A DNA stretch of 64,000 nt from Myxococcota bacterium (GTDB taxonomy: Bacteria > Myxococcota_A > UBA9042 > PHBI01 > JAWLBL01), in the NCBI GenBank assembly GCA_041687695.1, contig JAWLBL010000032.1:29174-93173 (forward strand), in the 5' to 3' direction. Within the stretch, counting starts at the first letter, position 1; each line of letters starts with the position of its first letter. This document shows positions 1 to 8,450 of the stretch, one piece after another. The notes below the pieces were generated by a model. The model was not told the DNA's origin. It did no database searches and worked only from the letters and a program-made list of their open reading frames with translations. A program made the position numbers and the translations under genes.

Positions 1-316
1 GCTCGGCCTCGCGCGGCGTCACCTGGCCATCGGCCCACGCGAGGGTGGCCTCGACGCCGTCGCCCCACTGTGGCATCGGCACCTGCACGGATCCCTCGAG
101 CTCCAACCCCTGTGGGAAGGCGGCCTCGAGCGCGCCGGCGGCGTCCAGCGCCGCGACGGCCACCGCCTCGGGCCCGACCACGACCACCAGGCCGTTGGGC
201 ACGGGCGCCACCGGCGCGGGCGGGTCGCTGCCGAGTCCGCCGCCCCAGGGCAGCCCCGAGCAGGCCCCCAGCGTGGCGGCCGCGAGCGCCGCCAGGCCCA
301 TCGTGACGCGCCTCAT
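1..316 (-). CDS. Putative lipoprotein, 5' part only (runs off the left edge)
   Basis: Not in the ORF track. ATG at 316 overlaps the TGA of the upstream gene (ATGA). Reads MRRVTMGLAALAAATLGAC-SGLPW..., a signal peptide with lipobox, and stays open to the edge. Confidence 0.7.
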   Translation of the reverse strand, partial: MRRVTMGLAALAAATLGACSGLPWGGGLGSDPPAPVAPVPNGLVVVVGPEAVAVAALDAAGALEAAFPQGLELEGSVQVPMPQWGDGVEATLAWADGQVTPREAE

Positions 317-1626
317 GGCGAGGTCCCCCCAGTCAGCACGAACGGGACCAGGCGCGTGCGCGGCGCCTCGCCCTCGACGAAGGCGCCGTAGGCCCCCCGC
401 AGCGAGCCGTCGGCCGCGATCCCGAAGTCGACGTACACCCCCGGCGGCAGCCCCTCGAGGTCGCCGCCCGGCGTGACCAGGCCGCCCGCGACGGTCGCCC
501 GCTCGAGCACGTTGCGCGTCGCGTCCAGGTACAGGAGCACGGCGCGTCCTTGTGCGTCGAAGCGCATCGCGACGTGCTGGCCGACCACGGCGCGCCGCGT
601 CGCGCCCGTCGCCGGATCGAGGTAGACCCCGTCGTCGACGGTCAGCGGCTTGGGGGAGGGGCCGCCGGGCGACAGGTAGCGCAGGGCGCCGCGCGTCGCG
701 TCGAAGTAGGCGATGGCGACCCGCCGCTTGAGGTCGACGGCCACGCGCGCGAAGCGGCCCACGTCGCCCGTGTCGAGGTCGGTGGCGGGGTCGCGGCCGT
801 CCAGGGTGGTGACGGTCCAGGCGCCGCCGTCGCCGCGTTCGGCCATCTTGAGGTCGCCGCGCAGGCGGTCATAGAAGGCGATGCGCGGCCGGCCGGCCAC
901 GACGGCGAGGGCGGCCCACTCGCCGTAGTCCTCTTCGCCGGCGCGTGGGCAGTCGGCCTCGCCGGCGCAGACCGGCAGGGTCGAGGCGCGCCAGGTGCCG
1001 TCGCTCTGGCGCTCGGCGTGGCGGAGGGCGCGGGCGGTGTCGTCGCGGTAGGCGAGGTGCACGGTGCCGTCCTCGGCGAGCGCCAGGCTGGCGTGTCGGC
1101 CGCGGTCGGCCGCCCCGACGCCGTCGGCCACTTCGAAGGGGGCCGAGGATGGGAAGCGCGTGTAGCGCAGCTCTCCCTGGTCGGCGTCGTACCAGGCCAC
1201 GTGGACCGGCGCGTCCTGGCCCTGGGCGTCGGCCGGCTCGGGCTCGAGGGCGACGGTCGCGAACTGGCCGCTGTCGGTCTCGACCAGGGCGTGCGCCTCG
1301 ACGCGCCAGCCGTCGACGAGGCGCTCCTCGAAGGTGCCGTCGGCGCGCTCGAGGCTCAGGACCAGGTTGCCGTAGGTGGTGTCGTAGGTCGCGATGACGC
1401 GCCGGCCGTCGGGTCGCAGGGCGACCGACGTGTAGCGGCCCAGGTCGCCGGTCGTGCGCGGCGGCTCGATGGGCACGCAGCCGCCCTCGCCACAGACCTG
1501 ACCCGCGGGGCAGGCCTCGTCGACGCAGGTGACCTCGATGCCTTCGCCGCAGGCCGTGGCCTGGGCGCCGAGGACGAGGAGCAGGGGAGCTATGAGCCAT
1601 CGGCGGCCGGCAGCGGTGCGCATCAC
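313..1626 (-). CDS. Secreted lipoprotein with a short Cys-rich segment and beta-propeller-like repeats
   Basis: Signal peptide with lipobox-like ATAC; CVDEACPAGQVCGEGGC; recurring G-x-(Y/F/H)-x-S-x-A...(I/L)AYYD...L-x-Y blades. Confidence 0.75.
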   Translation of the reverse strand: MMRTAAGRRWLIAPLLLVLGAQATACGEGIEVTCVDEACPAGQVCGEGGCVPIEPPRTTGDLGRYTSVALRPDGRRVIATYDTTYGNLVLSLERADGTFEERLVDGWRVEAHALVETDSGQFATVALEPEPADAQGQDAPVHVAWYDADQGELRYTRFPSSAPFEVADGVGAADRGRHASLALAEDGTVHLAYRDDTARALRHAERQSDGTWRASTLPVCAGEADCPRAGEEDYGEWAALAVVAGRPRIAFYDRLRGDLKMAERGDGGAWTVTTLDGRDPATDLDTGDVGRFARVAVDLKRRVAIAYFDATRGALRYLSPGGPSPKPLTVDDGVYLDPATGATRRAVVGQHVAMRFDAQGRAVLLYLDATRNVLERATVAGGLVTPGGDLEGLPPGVYVDFGIAADGSLRGAYGAFVEGEAPRTRLVPFVLTGGTSP

Positions 1627-1717
1627 CGCGCAAGGCTATGCAGGCGGCGGCGGCGGATCAACAAACCGAGTCGCGGACGCGTCCGGCGGCGCGGGGTCCG
1701 AGCGCCTGGCGGCGTCG

Positions 1718-1747
1718 TTGACCCTCGGGGGCTGCGGCCCGTACAGT
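1718..1747 (+). promoter_or_regulatory. Candidate sigma-70 promoter of the kinase gene
   Basis: TTGACC-N18-TACAGT just upstream of ATG 1755. Confidence 0.4.
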
Positions 1748-1754
1748 GGCGCCC

Positions 1755-3644
1755 ATGTCCGAGCGCGCCCCCGACCGCCAGCCCGAACCTGCCGTGACCC
1801 CGCCGCCCGAACCCGAGGGCGTCGCCGGGCGGGACGCCGCCGAGGCGGGCCGCGAGACGCGCCACGAGCTGGATCCGCAGGAGCGGCCGACGGCGCTGCA
1901 GGCCAAGGACGGCGAGGCGACGGCCGTGTCCGGGCGCGCGGCGGCGACGAACCACGGGCTCGAGGACCCGGGGCGAGAGGATCTGGGCCGCCGCATCCTG
2001 CAGCGCATGGAGGCCGCCGACGCCAGCGGTCCGGCGCGGGACCCGCTCATCGGGCAGGAGATCGCCGGGCGCTTCCTGGTCGAGAGCAAGATCGGCGAGG
2101 GCGGCATGGGCGCGGTCTACAAGGCCCGCCAGCGCAACATGGACCGGCACGTGGCCATCAAGGTCCTGCTGCGCGGCATGTCGACCAACGACACGGTCAT
2201 CCGCCGCTTCCAGCTCGAGGCGTTGGCCGTCTCGAAGCTCAAGCACCCCAACACCATCCAGATCTTCGACTTCGGCGAGACGCCCGACGGGCAGCTCTAC
2301 ATCGCGATGGAGTTCCTGGAGGGCACGCCCCTCCAGAAGGTGCTGTCGACCGAGCGCCTGGTCCCGGCCAAGCGCGCCCTGCGCATCGGCGCCCAGATCG
2401 CCAAGAGCCTGCGCGAGGCGCACGGCAAGGGGATCATCCACCGCGACCTCAAGCCGGACAACGTCTTTCTGTGCACGGTCGGCGAGCAGACCGACTTCGT
2501 GAAGGTGCTGGACTTCGGCGTCGCCAAGATCAAGGAGGGCGACGAGAAGCAGGCCACCCTGACCAAGGCCGGCGCCATCTTCGGCACGCCGCGCTACATG
2601 TCGCCCGAGCAGTCGGTCTCGGCCAACGTCGACCACCGGTCGGATCTCTACGCCATCGGCGTCATCCTCTACGAGATGATGCTGGGCAAGCCGCCGTTCG
2701 ACGCGGACACGGCGGTGGGCATCCTCATCAAGCACATGCAGGAGGAGGCGCCCAGCTTCGTGCAGGCCCGCCCCGACGTCGTCCTGCCCGACGAGGTCGA
2801 GGCGCTGGTCATGCGCCTGCTCTCCAAGTCGCCCGACGACCGCCCGCAGTCGGCCGAGGCGCTCATCCGCGAGCTCGAGACCGTCGAGGCCGCCCTCGAC
2901 GACACCTGGCGCAAGGTCGTCACCCTCGACAACGCCGAGGCGCTGGGGCTCGACCCCAACCGACCGGCGCGCACCCAGCACAACACGCGCCTCACCGCCG
3001 CCCAGACCGCCCTCGGGCAGACCATGCCCGGCGCGGCCGGCGACACCCTCTTCGCCGAGCCGAAGAAGCGAAAGCCCTGGCTGGGGCTGACCCTGGGCCT
3101 GCTCGGCCTCGCGGGCGGGGGCGCCGCCTTCACCTGGGTCAGCATCGAGCCCTTGCCCGAGGCGTGGCGCGGCTTCGGTCGCCTCGCCGACGCGCAGGCC
3201 CCGCTGGCCATCGTGGGCGAGGTGCCCGAGCTGCAGGTCGCCGAGGTCATGCTGACCATCGCAAGCGATCCCTCCGAGGCCGAGGTCTGGCGGGACGGCA
3301 AGCTCGTCCAGCAGACGCCGCTCGTGCTGCGCGAGCGCCGCGGCGCGGTCCCGGTCTCGCTGACCTTCAAGAAGGAAGGCTTCCGCGACTACACGCGGAC
3401 CTTCGAGCTGACCGCCGACCTGACGACCACCATCAAGCTCGACCCCATCCCCGCCCCGCCGAAGGACCCGCCGCCCGAGCCGCGGGACGCCACCATCAAG
3501 AAGCCGCCGGTGGTCAAGCCCAAGGTCGAGGAGCCCAAGGCCGTCACGCCGCCCACGCCGGTCAAGCCGACGCCGGTCAAGGACCCCAAGCCCAACCCCT
3601 ACGACACCCCGCGCAAGGTCCGCGACACCAAGTCGCCCTACTGA
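1755..3644 (+). CDS. Membrane Hanks-type Ser/Thr protein kinase with PEGA domain and Pro/Lys-rich tail
   Basis: GEGGMGAVY, VAIKVL, HRDLKPDN, DFG and GTPRYMSPEQ motifs; one TM helix; PEGA-like IASDPSEAEVWRDG...TPL. Confidence 0.95.
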   Translation: MSERAPDRQPEPAVTPPPEPEGVAGRDAAEAGRETRHELDPQERPTALQAKDGEATAVSGRAAATNHGLEDPGREDLGRRILQRMEAADASGPARDPLIGQEIAGRFLVESKIGEGGMGAVYKARQRNMDRHVAIKVLLRGMSTNDTVIRRFQLEALAVSKLKHPNTIQIFDFGETPDGQLYIAMEFLEGTPLQKVLSTERLVPAKRALRIGAQIAKSLREAHGKGIIHRDLKPDNVFLCTVGEQTDFVKVLDFGVAKIKEGDEKQATLTKAGAIFGTPRYMSPEQSVSANVDHRSDLYAIGVILYEMMLGKPPFDADTAVGILIKHMQEEAPSFVQARPDVVLPDEVEALVMRLLSKSPDDRPQSAEALIRELETVEAALDDTWRKVVTLDNAEALGLDPNRPARTQHNTRLTAAQTALGQTMPGAAGDTLFAEPKKRKPWLGLTLGLLGLAGGGAAFTWVSIEPLPEAWRGFGRLADAQAPLAIVGEVPELQVAEVMLTIASDPSEAEVWRDGKLVQQTPLVLRERRGAVPVSLTFKKEGFRDYTRTFELTADLTTTIKLDPIPAPPKDPPPEPRDATIKKPPVVKPKVEEPKAVTPPTPVKPTPVKDPKPNPYDTPRKVRDTKSPY

Positions 3645-3723
3645 GGGTGACACCGAGTCGCCCTACTGAGGGTGACACCGAGTCGCCCTACTGAGGGCGG
3701 CACCAGGTCGCCCTACTGAGGGC
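3624..3723. repeat. Four tandem 25-bp repeats, each with an internal hairpin, starting inside the kinase 3' end
   Basis: Unit GACACCRAGTCGCCCTACTGAGGGY at 3624, 3649, 3674 and 3699 (fourth copy diverged); core CCCT-ACTG-AGGG. Confidence 0.9.
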
Positions 3724-3765
3724 GGCGCCAAGAAGACACCCCACTGAAGGGGCCCTTGGCGCCGC
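3722..3765. terminator. Hairpin between convergent genes (possible terminator)
   Basis: GCGGCGCCAAG...CTTGGCGCCGC is a perfect 11-bp inverted repeat with an inner CCCC-ACTGAA-GGGG; no U-tract. Confidence 0.5.
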
Positions 3766-3779
3766 GGTGAGCCGGCGGG

Positions 3780-4940
3780 CTACTCGGCGGGGGCCGGGGC
3801 GGTGTCGGACGCGCAGCGGAACCCGACGTGCGAGAAGCTCTGGGTCGGGTCGGCCTTGTCGCGCGCGCCGCTGGGGAAGCGGCAGACCGCCTTGGCGTCG
3901 TCGCGCACGCTGGCGCCGCGGATGACGCGCTCGGTCCCCAGGACGTCCGCCGTCAGCTGCGCGATGGTCAGCGGCTGCGCGCTGGCGGCGTACTGCACAC
4001 ACCCCACCGAGGTGTTGAAGGCGTCCTGCGGGCAGGCGTAGAAGCAGGCCTGGCCTTCGGGCAGCGTGTCGCAAGCGTCGCAGTCGCGGCAGGCGGTCAG
4101 GCACGCCTGGTCCGACGTCGAGCACTCCCAGCACGGCGTGCAGGGCGGCGTCGGGTCGGCGCAGGTCACCCGCCGCTCGAAGGGCTCGGCCACCCACTCG
4201 GCGGCGTTGCCGAACAGGTTGTAGACGCGCCCGCCGGGCTCGACCACGAAGTCCTTGCTGGTCGACGTCAGCTGGCCGTCCTCGCCAACGATGGGCGCGC
4301 GCTCGAGGTCCTGCAGGTCGGAGCAGAACTTGGTGCGCAGCTCGGCCTCGCGGCACTGCGCCCGGGTGGTGATGTCCTGCGCCGGGAACGGCCGCGGGTT
4401 CGCGAGATCCGGCCCCTTGGCGACCCGCTCCCACTCGACCTCGCTGGGCAGCCGCCGCCCCAGGAACTCGCAGTACTCCTGCGCCTGGCGCCACGTCACG
4501 TTCACCACCGGGTGATCGTGCCAGCGCTCGACGTCGTAGTACTCCTCCTGCGACGCCGACAGCGCGTTCACGAAGCGCGGCGCCGTGCAGCCGCCCGCCG
4601 CCACGCAGTAGGCGTACTGCTCGTTGGTGACCTCGTGGGCGTCGATCCAGAAGTCCGGCACCGTGACCAGCACCTTGGGGAACCAGTCCTGCAGCGTCTC
4701 GGGGCTACCCACCCCGCACACGTCGGCGTTCTCGTTGTCGTCGAAGCAGGGCTCCTCCATCCCGAACGGGAAGGCGCCGCTGGTCTGGATCGGCACCATC
4801 GGCGTCGGCGCGGGCGGCTCGAGCCCCTCGGCGCAGCCGCCGACGAGGGCCAGTCCGGCCCCCGCGACCCCCACCATCACCCGAGCCATCACAGTCCTCA
4901 CGCTCATCGGAACCCCTGCTTTCACGCGCGCCGTCGTCAT
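3780..4940 (-). CDS. Formylglycine-generating enzyme (FGE/SUMF1)-family domain lipoprotein with a Cys-rich insert
   Basis: FWIDAHEVTNEQY, HPVVNVTWRQAQEYC, RRLPSEVEWE, NLFGNAAEW and VGFRCA motifs; lipobox VGGC. Start uncertain (4940 or 4907); the upstream part of the track ORF is a shadow frame. Confidence 0.85.
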   Translation of the reverse strand: MTTARVKAGVPMSVRTVMARVMVGVAGAGLALVGGCAEGLEPPAPTPMVPIQTSGAFPFGMEEPCFDDNENADVCGVGSPETLQDWFPKVLVTVPDFWIDAHEVTNEQYAYCVAAGGCTAPRFVNALSASQEEYYDVERWHDHPVVNVTWRQAQEYCEFLGRRLPSEVEWERVAKGPDLANPRPFPAQDITTRAQCREAELRTKFCSDLQDLERAPIVGEDGQLTSTSKDFVVEPGGRVYNLFGNAAEWVAEPFERRVTCADPTPPCTPCWECSTSDQACLTACRDCDACDTLPEGQACFYACPQDAFNTSVGCVQYAASAQPLTIAQLTADVLGTERVIRGASVRDDAKAVCRFPSGARDKADPTQSFSHVGFRCASDTAPAPAE

Positions 4941-4954
4941 CCGTCGGGCCCCGC

Positions 4955-6130
4955 TCAGAACCGCACGTCCAGCATGGCCCCGTTCGGGGCCGCCACGACC
5001 GACGCCCGCGCCTTCTTCGGCGCGAGGCCCTCGGCGATGGCGTCGGCCGGCTTGACCGCCTGATCGTCGAGCCCCTCGAGGATGAGCAGCAGGATGCCCA
5101 GCCCGCCGGCGACGCCGCCGCCGATGTAGCCGATGTCCTGCAGCTGCTCGAGATCCTCGAAGTCCTGCGTGCCGCGGTACTCCTTGTCGGCCTGCCAGCT
5201 GGCGATGCCGCCGCCGACGCCCAGCAGCACGCCCGTCGCCACCAGCGTCCAGCCGGTCGCCGACTTCCATGTGCTGGGCGGGTCGCGCAGCCACAGCTCG
5301 GCGTCCAGCTCGTGCACGCCGTCGCGCGCGACCTGCACCGCGTGCGAGACCTCCTCGTAGTCGTCCTTGGTCACCAGGATCTGGTGCCGGCCCTCTTGCA
5401 GCACGATGTCGTCCTGATAGGGCGTGATGCCGATGTTGCGCCCGTCGACGAAGATGTTGGCGCCCTTGATGTTCGACCGCAGCTTGACCACACCCACGTT
5501 GCGGACGGGCTCGAGCTTGAAGACGAACTTGCGCGCCTCGCCCTGGCGCACCTGGAAGTCGGTCTCGAAGGGCTGGTAGCCCTTGGCCTCGAGGTACAGC
5601 TTGTAGGTGCCGGGCTCGCGGCGCGTCACGAACGGCGTCTGCCCCAGCAGCGTGTTCTTGTCGTCGAGGTAGATGTTGGCGCCCGGCGGCTCGGACTCGA
5701 TGGTCAGCTCGAGGGCCGTGCCGAGTCGGCACTTGGCGATGCTGTTCTTGATGTCGACGATGTCCGGCGGCTCGCGGTCATTGGCCTTGCGGTACAGGTC
5801 GACGTAGTCCTCGTACCACTTGATGCACTGCTCGGCCTCGCCGAGCCGCTCGTAGGCCTTGGCGATGTTGTAGACGTTGACCGGCGCGGGCCAGATCTCA
5901 TGGGCCTTCATCCACGCCCGGATGGCCGCCTGGTACAGCTCGCGGTCGTAGAGGTCCTGGCCCTCCATGTAGTACTGACCGGCCTGGGACTTGCGCTCGG
6001 CGTCAGGGTCGACCTGCTCGGTCTCCTCGGGAGGGGTCTGCGGCAGGGCGGCGCGCGGCCAGCTCGCGGCGACCACGACGGCGCCCGCGAGGACCAGCGG
6101 ACCCAGGCGTTGCAGGGGGGCGATGCGCAT
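4955..6130 (-). CDS. TPR + double PEGA domain protein
   Basis: Signal peptide; TPR (YNIAKAYERLG); two PEGA repeats (IESEPPGANIYLD, LRSNIKGANIFVDG); two C-terminal hydrophobic Gly-rich helices; terminal Phe. Confidence 0.85.
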   Translation of the reverse strand: MRIAPLQRLGPLVLAGAVVVAASWPRAALPQTPPEETEQVDPDAERKSQAGQYYMEGQDLYDRELYQAAIRAWMKAHEIWPAPVNVYNIAKAYERLGEAEQCIKWYEDYVDLYRKANDREPPDIVDIKNSIAKCRLGTALELTIESEPPGANIYLDDKNTLLGQTPFVTRREPGTYKLYLEAKGYQPFETDFQVRQGEARKFVFKLEPVRNVGVVKLRSNIKGANIFVDGRNIGITPYQDDIVLQEGRHQILVTKDDYEEVSHAVQVARDGVHELDAELWLRDPPSTWKSATGWTLVATGVLLGVGGGIASWQADKEYRGTQDFEDLEQLQDIGYIGGGVAGGLGILLLILEGLDDQAVKPADAIAEGLAPKKARASVVAAPNGAMLDVRF

Positions 6131-6210
6131 CTACGTCTCCGGCTCCAGGCTTGGGCCGGAACCTAGCCAGCACACCATCCCCTGTCAACGTCGCCCCGGC
6201 CGCGGAACGA

Positions 6211-6732
6211 CTACTTACCTGCCGAGGTGGCCTCGATCGCCAGGACCAGGATGCCGTCGCCGTGCTTGCGTCCGGCCTGGAAGAACAGCCCGCCGTCCTT
6301 GACCTTGATGGTGGTCTTCAGGCCGTCGAGCGACATCGCCAGCCGCACGAAGCCCTGCTCGACCCCCAGGTGCTTGAGCGACAGCTCGAGCCCGTCGGGC
6401 AGCTTCACGGTGGCCGTCCCGTCGAGCGTCACCGACCGCTGGTGCTCGCCCAGCTGCTTGAAGCGCTTGAAGTCCTTGAACGAACGCTCGAAGTAGCGCG
6501 ACAGGCGCGACAGCTCGCGGTCGACGCCGCCCTCGCCTCGGCTGGCCTCGATGATCGTCACCTTGAGCTGGACCGCGCCGCGCTCGGCCTGCGCCGCCAC
6601 CCGGTCGCCGCCCGGCGGCGCCGCCACCGCGGAACCCACCGGCAGCGCGACGAGCGTCACGGCCAAGAGGGCCAGCGCCAGCGCCCGCCACGGGGCTCGG
6701 AGGCTCTCACGATCGGTTCGATGCGTTGCCAC
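6211..6732 (-). CDS. Exported hypothetical protein, third gene of the ECF sigma/anti-sigma operon
   Basis: GTG start after GAGGGAG; signal peptide; coherent globular region with GC3-biased codons. Confidence 0.75.
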   Translation of the reverse strand: MATHRTDRESLRAPWRALALALLAVTLVALPVGSAVAAPPGGDRVAAQAERGAVQLKVTIIEASRGEGGVDRELSRLSRYFERSFKDFKRFKQLGEHQRSVTLDGTATVKLPDGLELSLKHLGVEQGFVRLAMSLDGLKTTIKVKDGGLFFQAGRKHGDGILVLAIEATSAGK

Positions 6733-6776
6733 GGTGCGCTCTCCCTCGGTCCTGTGGGTCGCCGCCAGCGTCCGCG

Positions 6777-7475
6777 TCACAGCCCCTGCTCGGGCCCCGC
6801 CGCGTCCGGCGCCGGCGCCGGCTCGCCCTCTTCGGTCAGGTGCCACACGACGGTCGGCTGCTCGCCGTCCTCGTCGACGTCGATGACCACCCGGCCCTCG
6901 GCGACCTCGAACGACTCGACGAACGCCTGGTTGCGCCCGGCGACGCTGTTCTCGGTCTCCATCCCGCGCCGCTCGCCCATCGGGCCGCCCTTGGGCTGAC
7001 CCTTTTCGGCGTCCACCAGCTGCGGACCCGTCACGCCGCCAGGCTCGCCGCCGTTGGCCCCCTGCTGCGCGTACCACAGCGCGCCGACCGCCAGCGCCAT
7101 CGCGAAGGCCACGCCGGCCGCCGCCATGGGCCGCTCGAAGCGGACCAGCTCGCCCAGCCAGGCCGACAGCCGCTGCATCAAGCCCGGCGCCTCGTCACGC
7201 GCGGCCGGAGCCTTGGCCTCGGCGGCGTCCTCGGCCGCGATGCGCGCCATCACGCCGTCATAGAACCCGGCCAGGTCGACGTCGGCCGCCGGGGCGTTGA
7301 CCGCCTCGTGGGCCAGCGCCATCACCGCCCGCAGCTCCGTCAGCTCGGCCTTGCAGTCCGGGCAGCCCTCGATGTCCCGCTCGAGCTCCCGCGCGGCCTT
7401 GGGCTCCAGCTCGCCGTCTGCGAACGCATGGAGCTGCTCCCGAATCTCACTGCACTGCTTCTGCACGTGTGCCAT
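6777..7475 (-). CDS. Zinc-finger (zf-HC2-like) transmembrane anti-sigma factor
   Basis: CSEIREQLHAFADGEL...DIEGCPDC plus a TM helix; directly downstream of an ECF sigma. Confidence 0.85.
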   Translation of the reverse strand: MAHVQKQCSEIREQLHAFADGELEPKAARELERDIEGCPDCKAELTELRAVMALAHEAVNAPAADVDLAGFYDGVMARIAAEDAAEAKAPAARDEAPGLMQRLSAWLGELVRFERPMAAAGVAFAMALAVGALWYAQQGANGGEPGGVTGPQLVDAEKGQPKGGPMGERRGMETENSVAGRNQAFVESFEVAEGRVVIDVDEDGEQPTVVWHLTEEGEPAPAPDAAGPEQGL

Positions 7476-7489
7476 GACTCACCCCCGCG

Positions 7490-8104
7490 TCACTGGGTCA
7501 GGTAGCGACCCAGCGCTTTCTGGAAGTTCTTCCTCGCGTGGAACAGGCGACTCATCACCGTCCCCTTGGCGATGCCCAGGGTGTCGGCCAGCTCCTCGTA
7601 GGACAGGCCGTCCACCTCGCGCAGCACCAGGATCTCCCGGTGGTCCTCGCTCAGCTTGCTCAACGCGCGCTCCATGTGTTCCGCCAACTCTTTTCGGGCC
7701 AGCGCCTTGCTGGGTCCCTCGATGTGGATCGACGCCAGGGTCGGTCCGTCCGTGAAGCGGTCGCCGTGGTGGGCCAGGGTGTCGTCGTAGTCGACCTCCC
7801 TCGCCCGGGCCGCGCGCCGCTTTCTGTCGATGCACAGGTTGACGACGATCCGATAGAGCCAGGTGTAGAAGCTCGAGTTTCCTTTGAAGTCGGGCAGGTG
7901 GCGGTGCACCTTGACGAACGCGTCCTGGGCGACGTCCAGGGCGTCGTCCTGGTTGCGCAGGATGCCGAAGGCGATCGTGAAGACCTTGCGCTGATAGCGC
8001 TCGACCAGCACCTTGAACGCTCTCGGGTCACCCTCGACGCACCGCTGCACCAGCTCGGCATCGTCGTCACGCTCTTGCAATCTGCTCTCCGCATCGTCAC
8101 GCAC
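7490..8104 (-). CDS. ECF RNA polymerase sigma factor (RpoE-like)
   Basis: Region 2 DALDVAQDAF...FYTWLYRIVVN; region 4 [25 protein letters not shown]. Confidence 0.95.
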   Translation of the reverse strand: MRDDAESRLQERDDDAELVQRCVEGDPRAFKVLVERYQRKVFTIAFGILRNQDDALDVAQDAFVKVHRHLPDFKGNSSFYTWLYRIVVNLCIDRKRRAARAREVDYDDTLAHHGDRFTDGPTLASIHIEGPSKALARKELAEHMERALSKLSEDHREILVLREVDGLSYEELADTLGIAKGTVMSRLFHARKNFQKALGRYLTQ

Positions 8105-8450
8105 CGGTTGACGCCTCCGTCATCGGCTTATTCACCCGGGCGGACGAAATGTTCCGGGCGGGGGACGAGACGCCCGCCATACCATCATACGTGGGCCCCT
8201 CGAACAAGCGGCGACGGGCGCCCGGCCGTCCCGGAACCCGCCGTGGCCGCCGGACATGCCGCCGCAGGACCCGCCAGGCTCCTCTGTTGACCGGATCCGG
8301 GCCCCGCCGGATGATGCGACGCCACCCACGCCGCCACGCGCCGGCGCTGGGGAATGCCCCCCGGGCCCGCCCGTTGTACCAGCCGGCTTCGGCCCTGGTC
8401 GCACCGACCGGCCCCACCGCCCCGGTCCAGCCCTCCGAGGTCCCCCTCCC

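Noticed and set aside
3624..3723. CRISPR array
   Set aside because: The units are contiguous with no unique spacers, and no cas genes are in the window.
3780..4940. Diversity-generating retroelement target (FGE/CLec fold)
   Set aside because: No reverse transcriptase gene and no template repeat differing at adenines was seen in the window.
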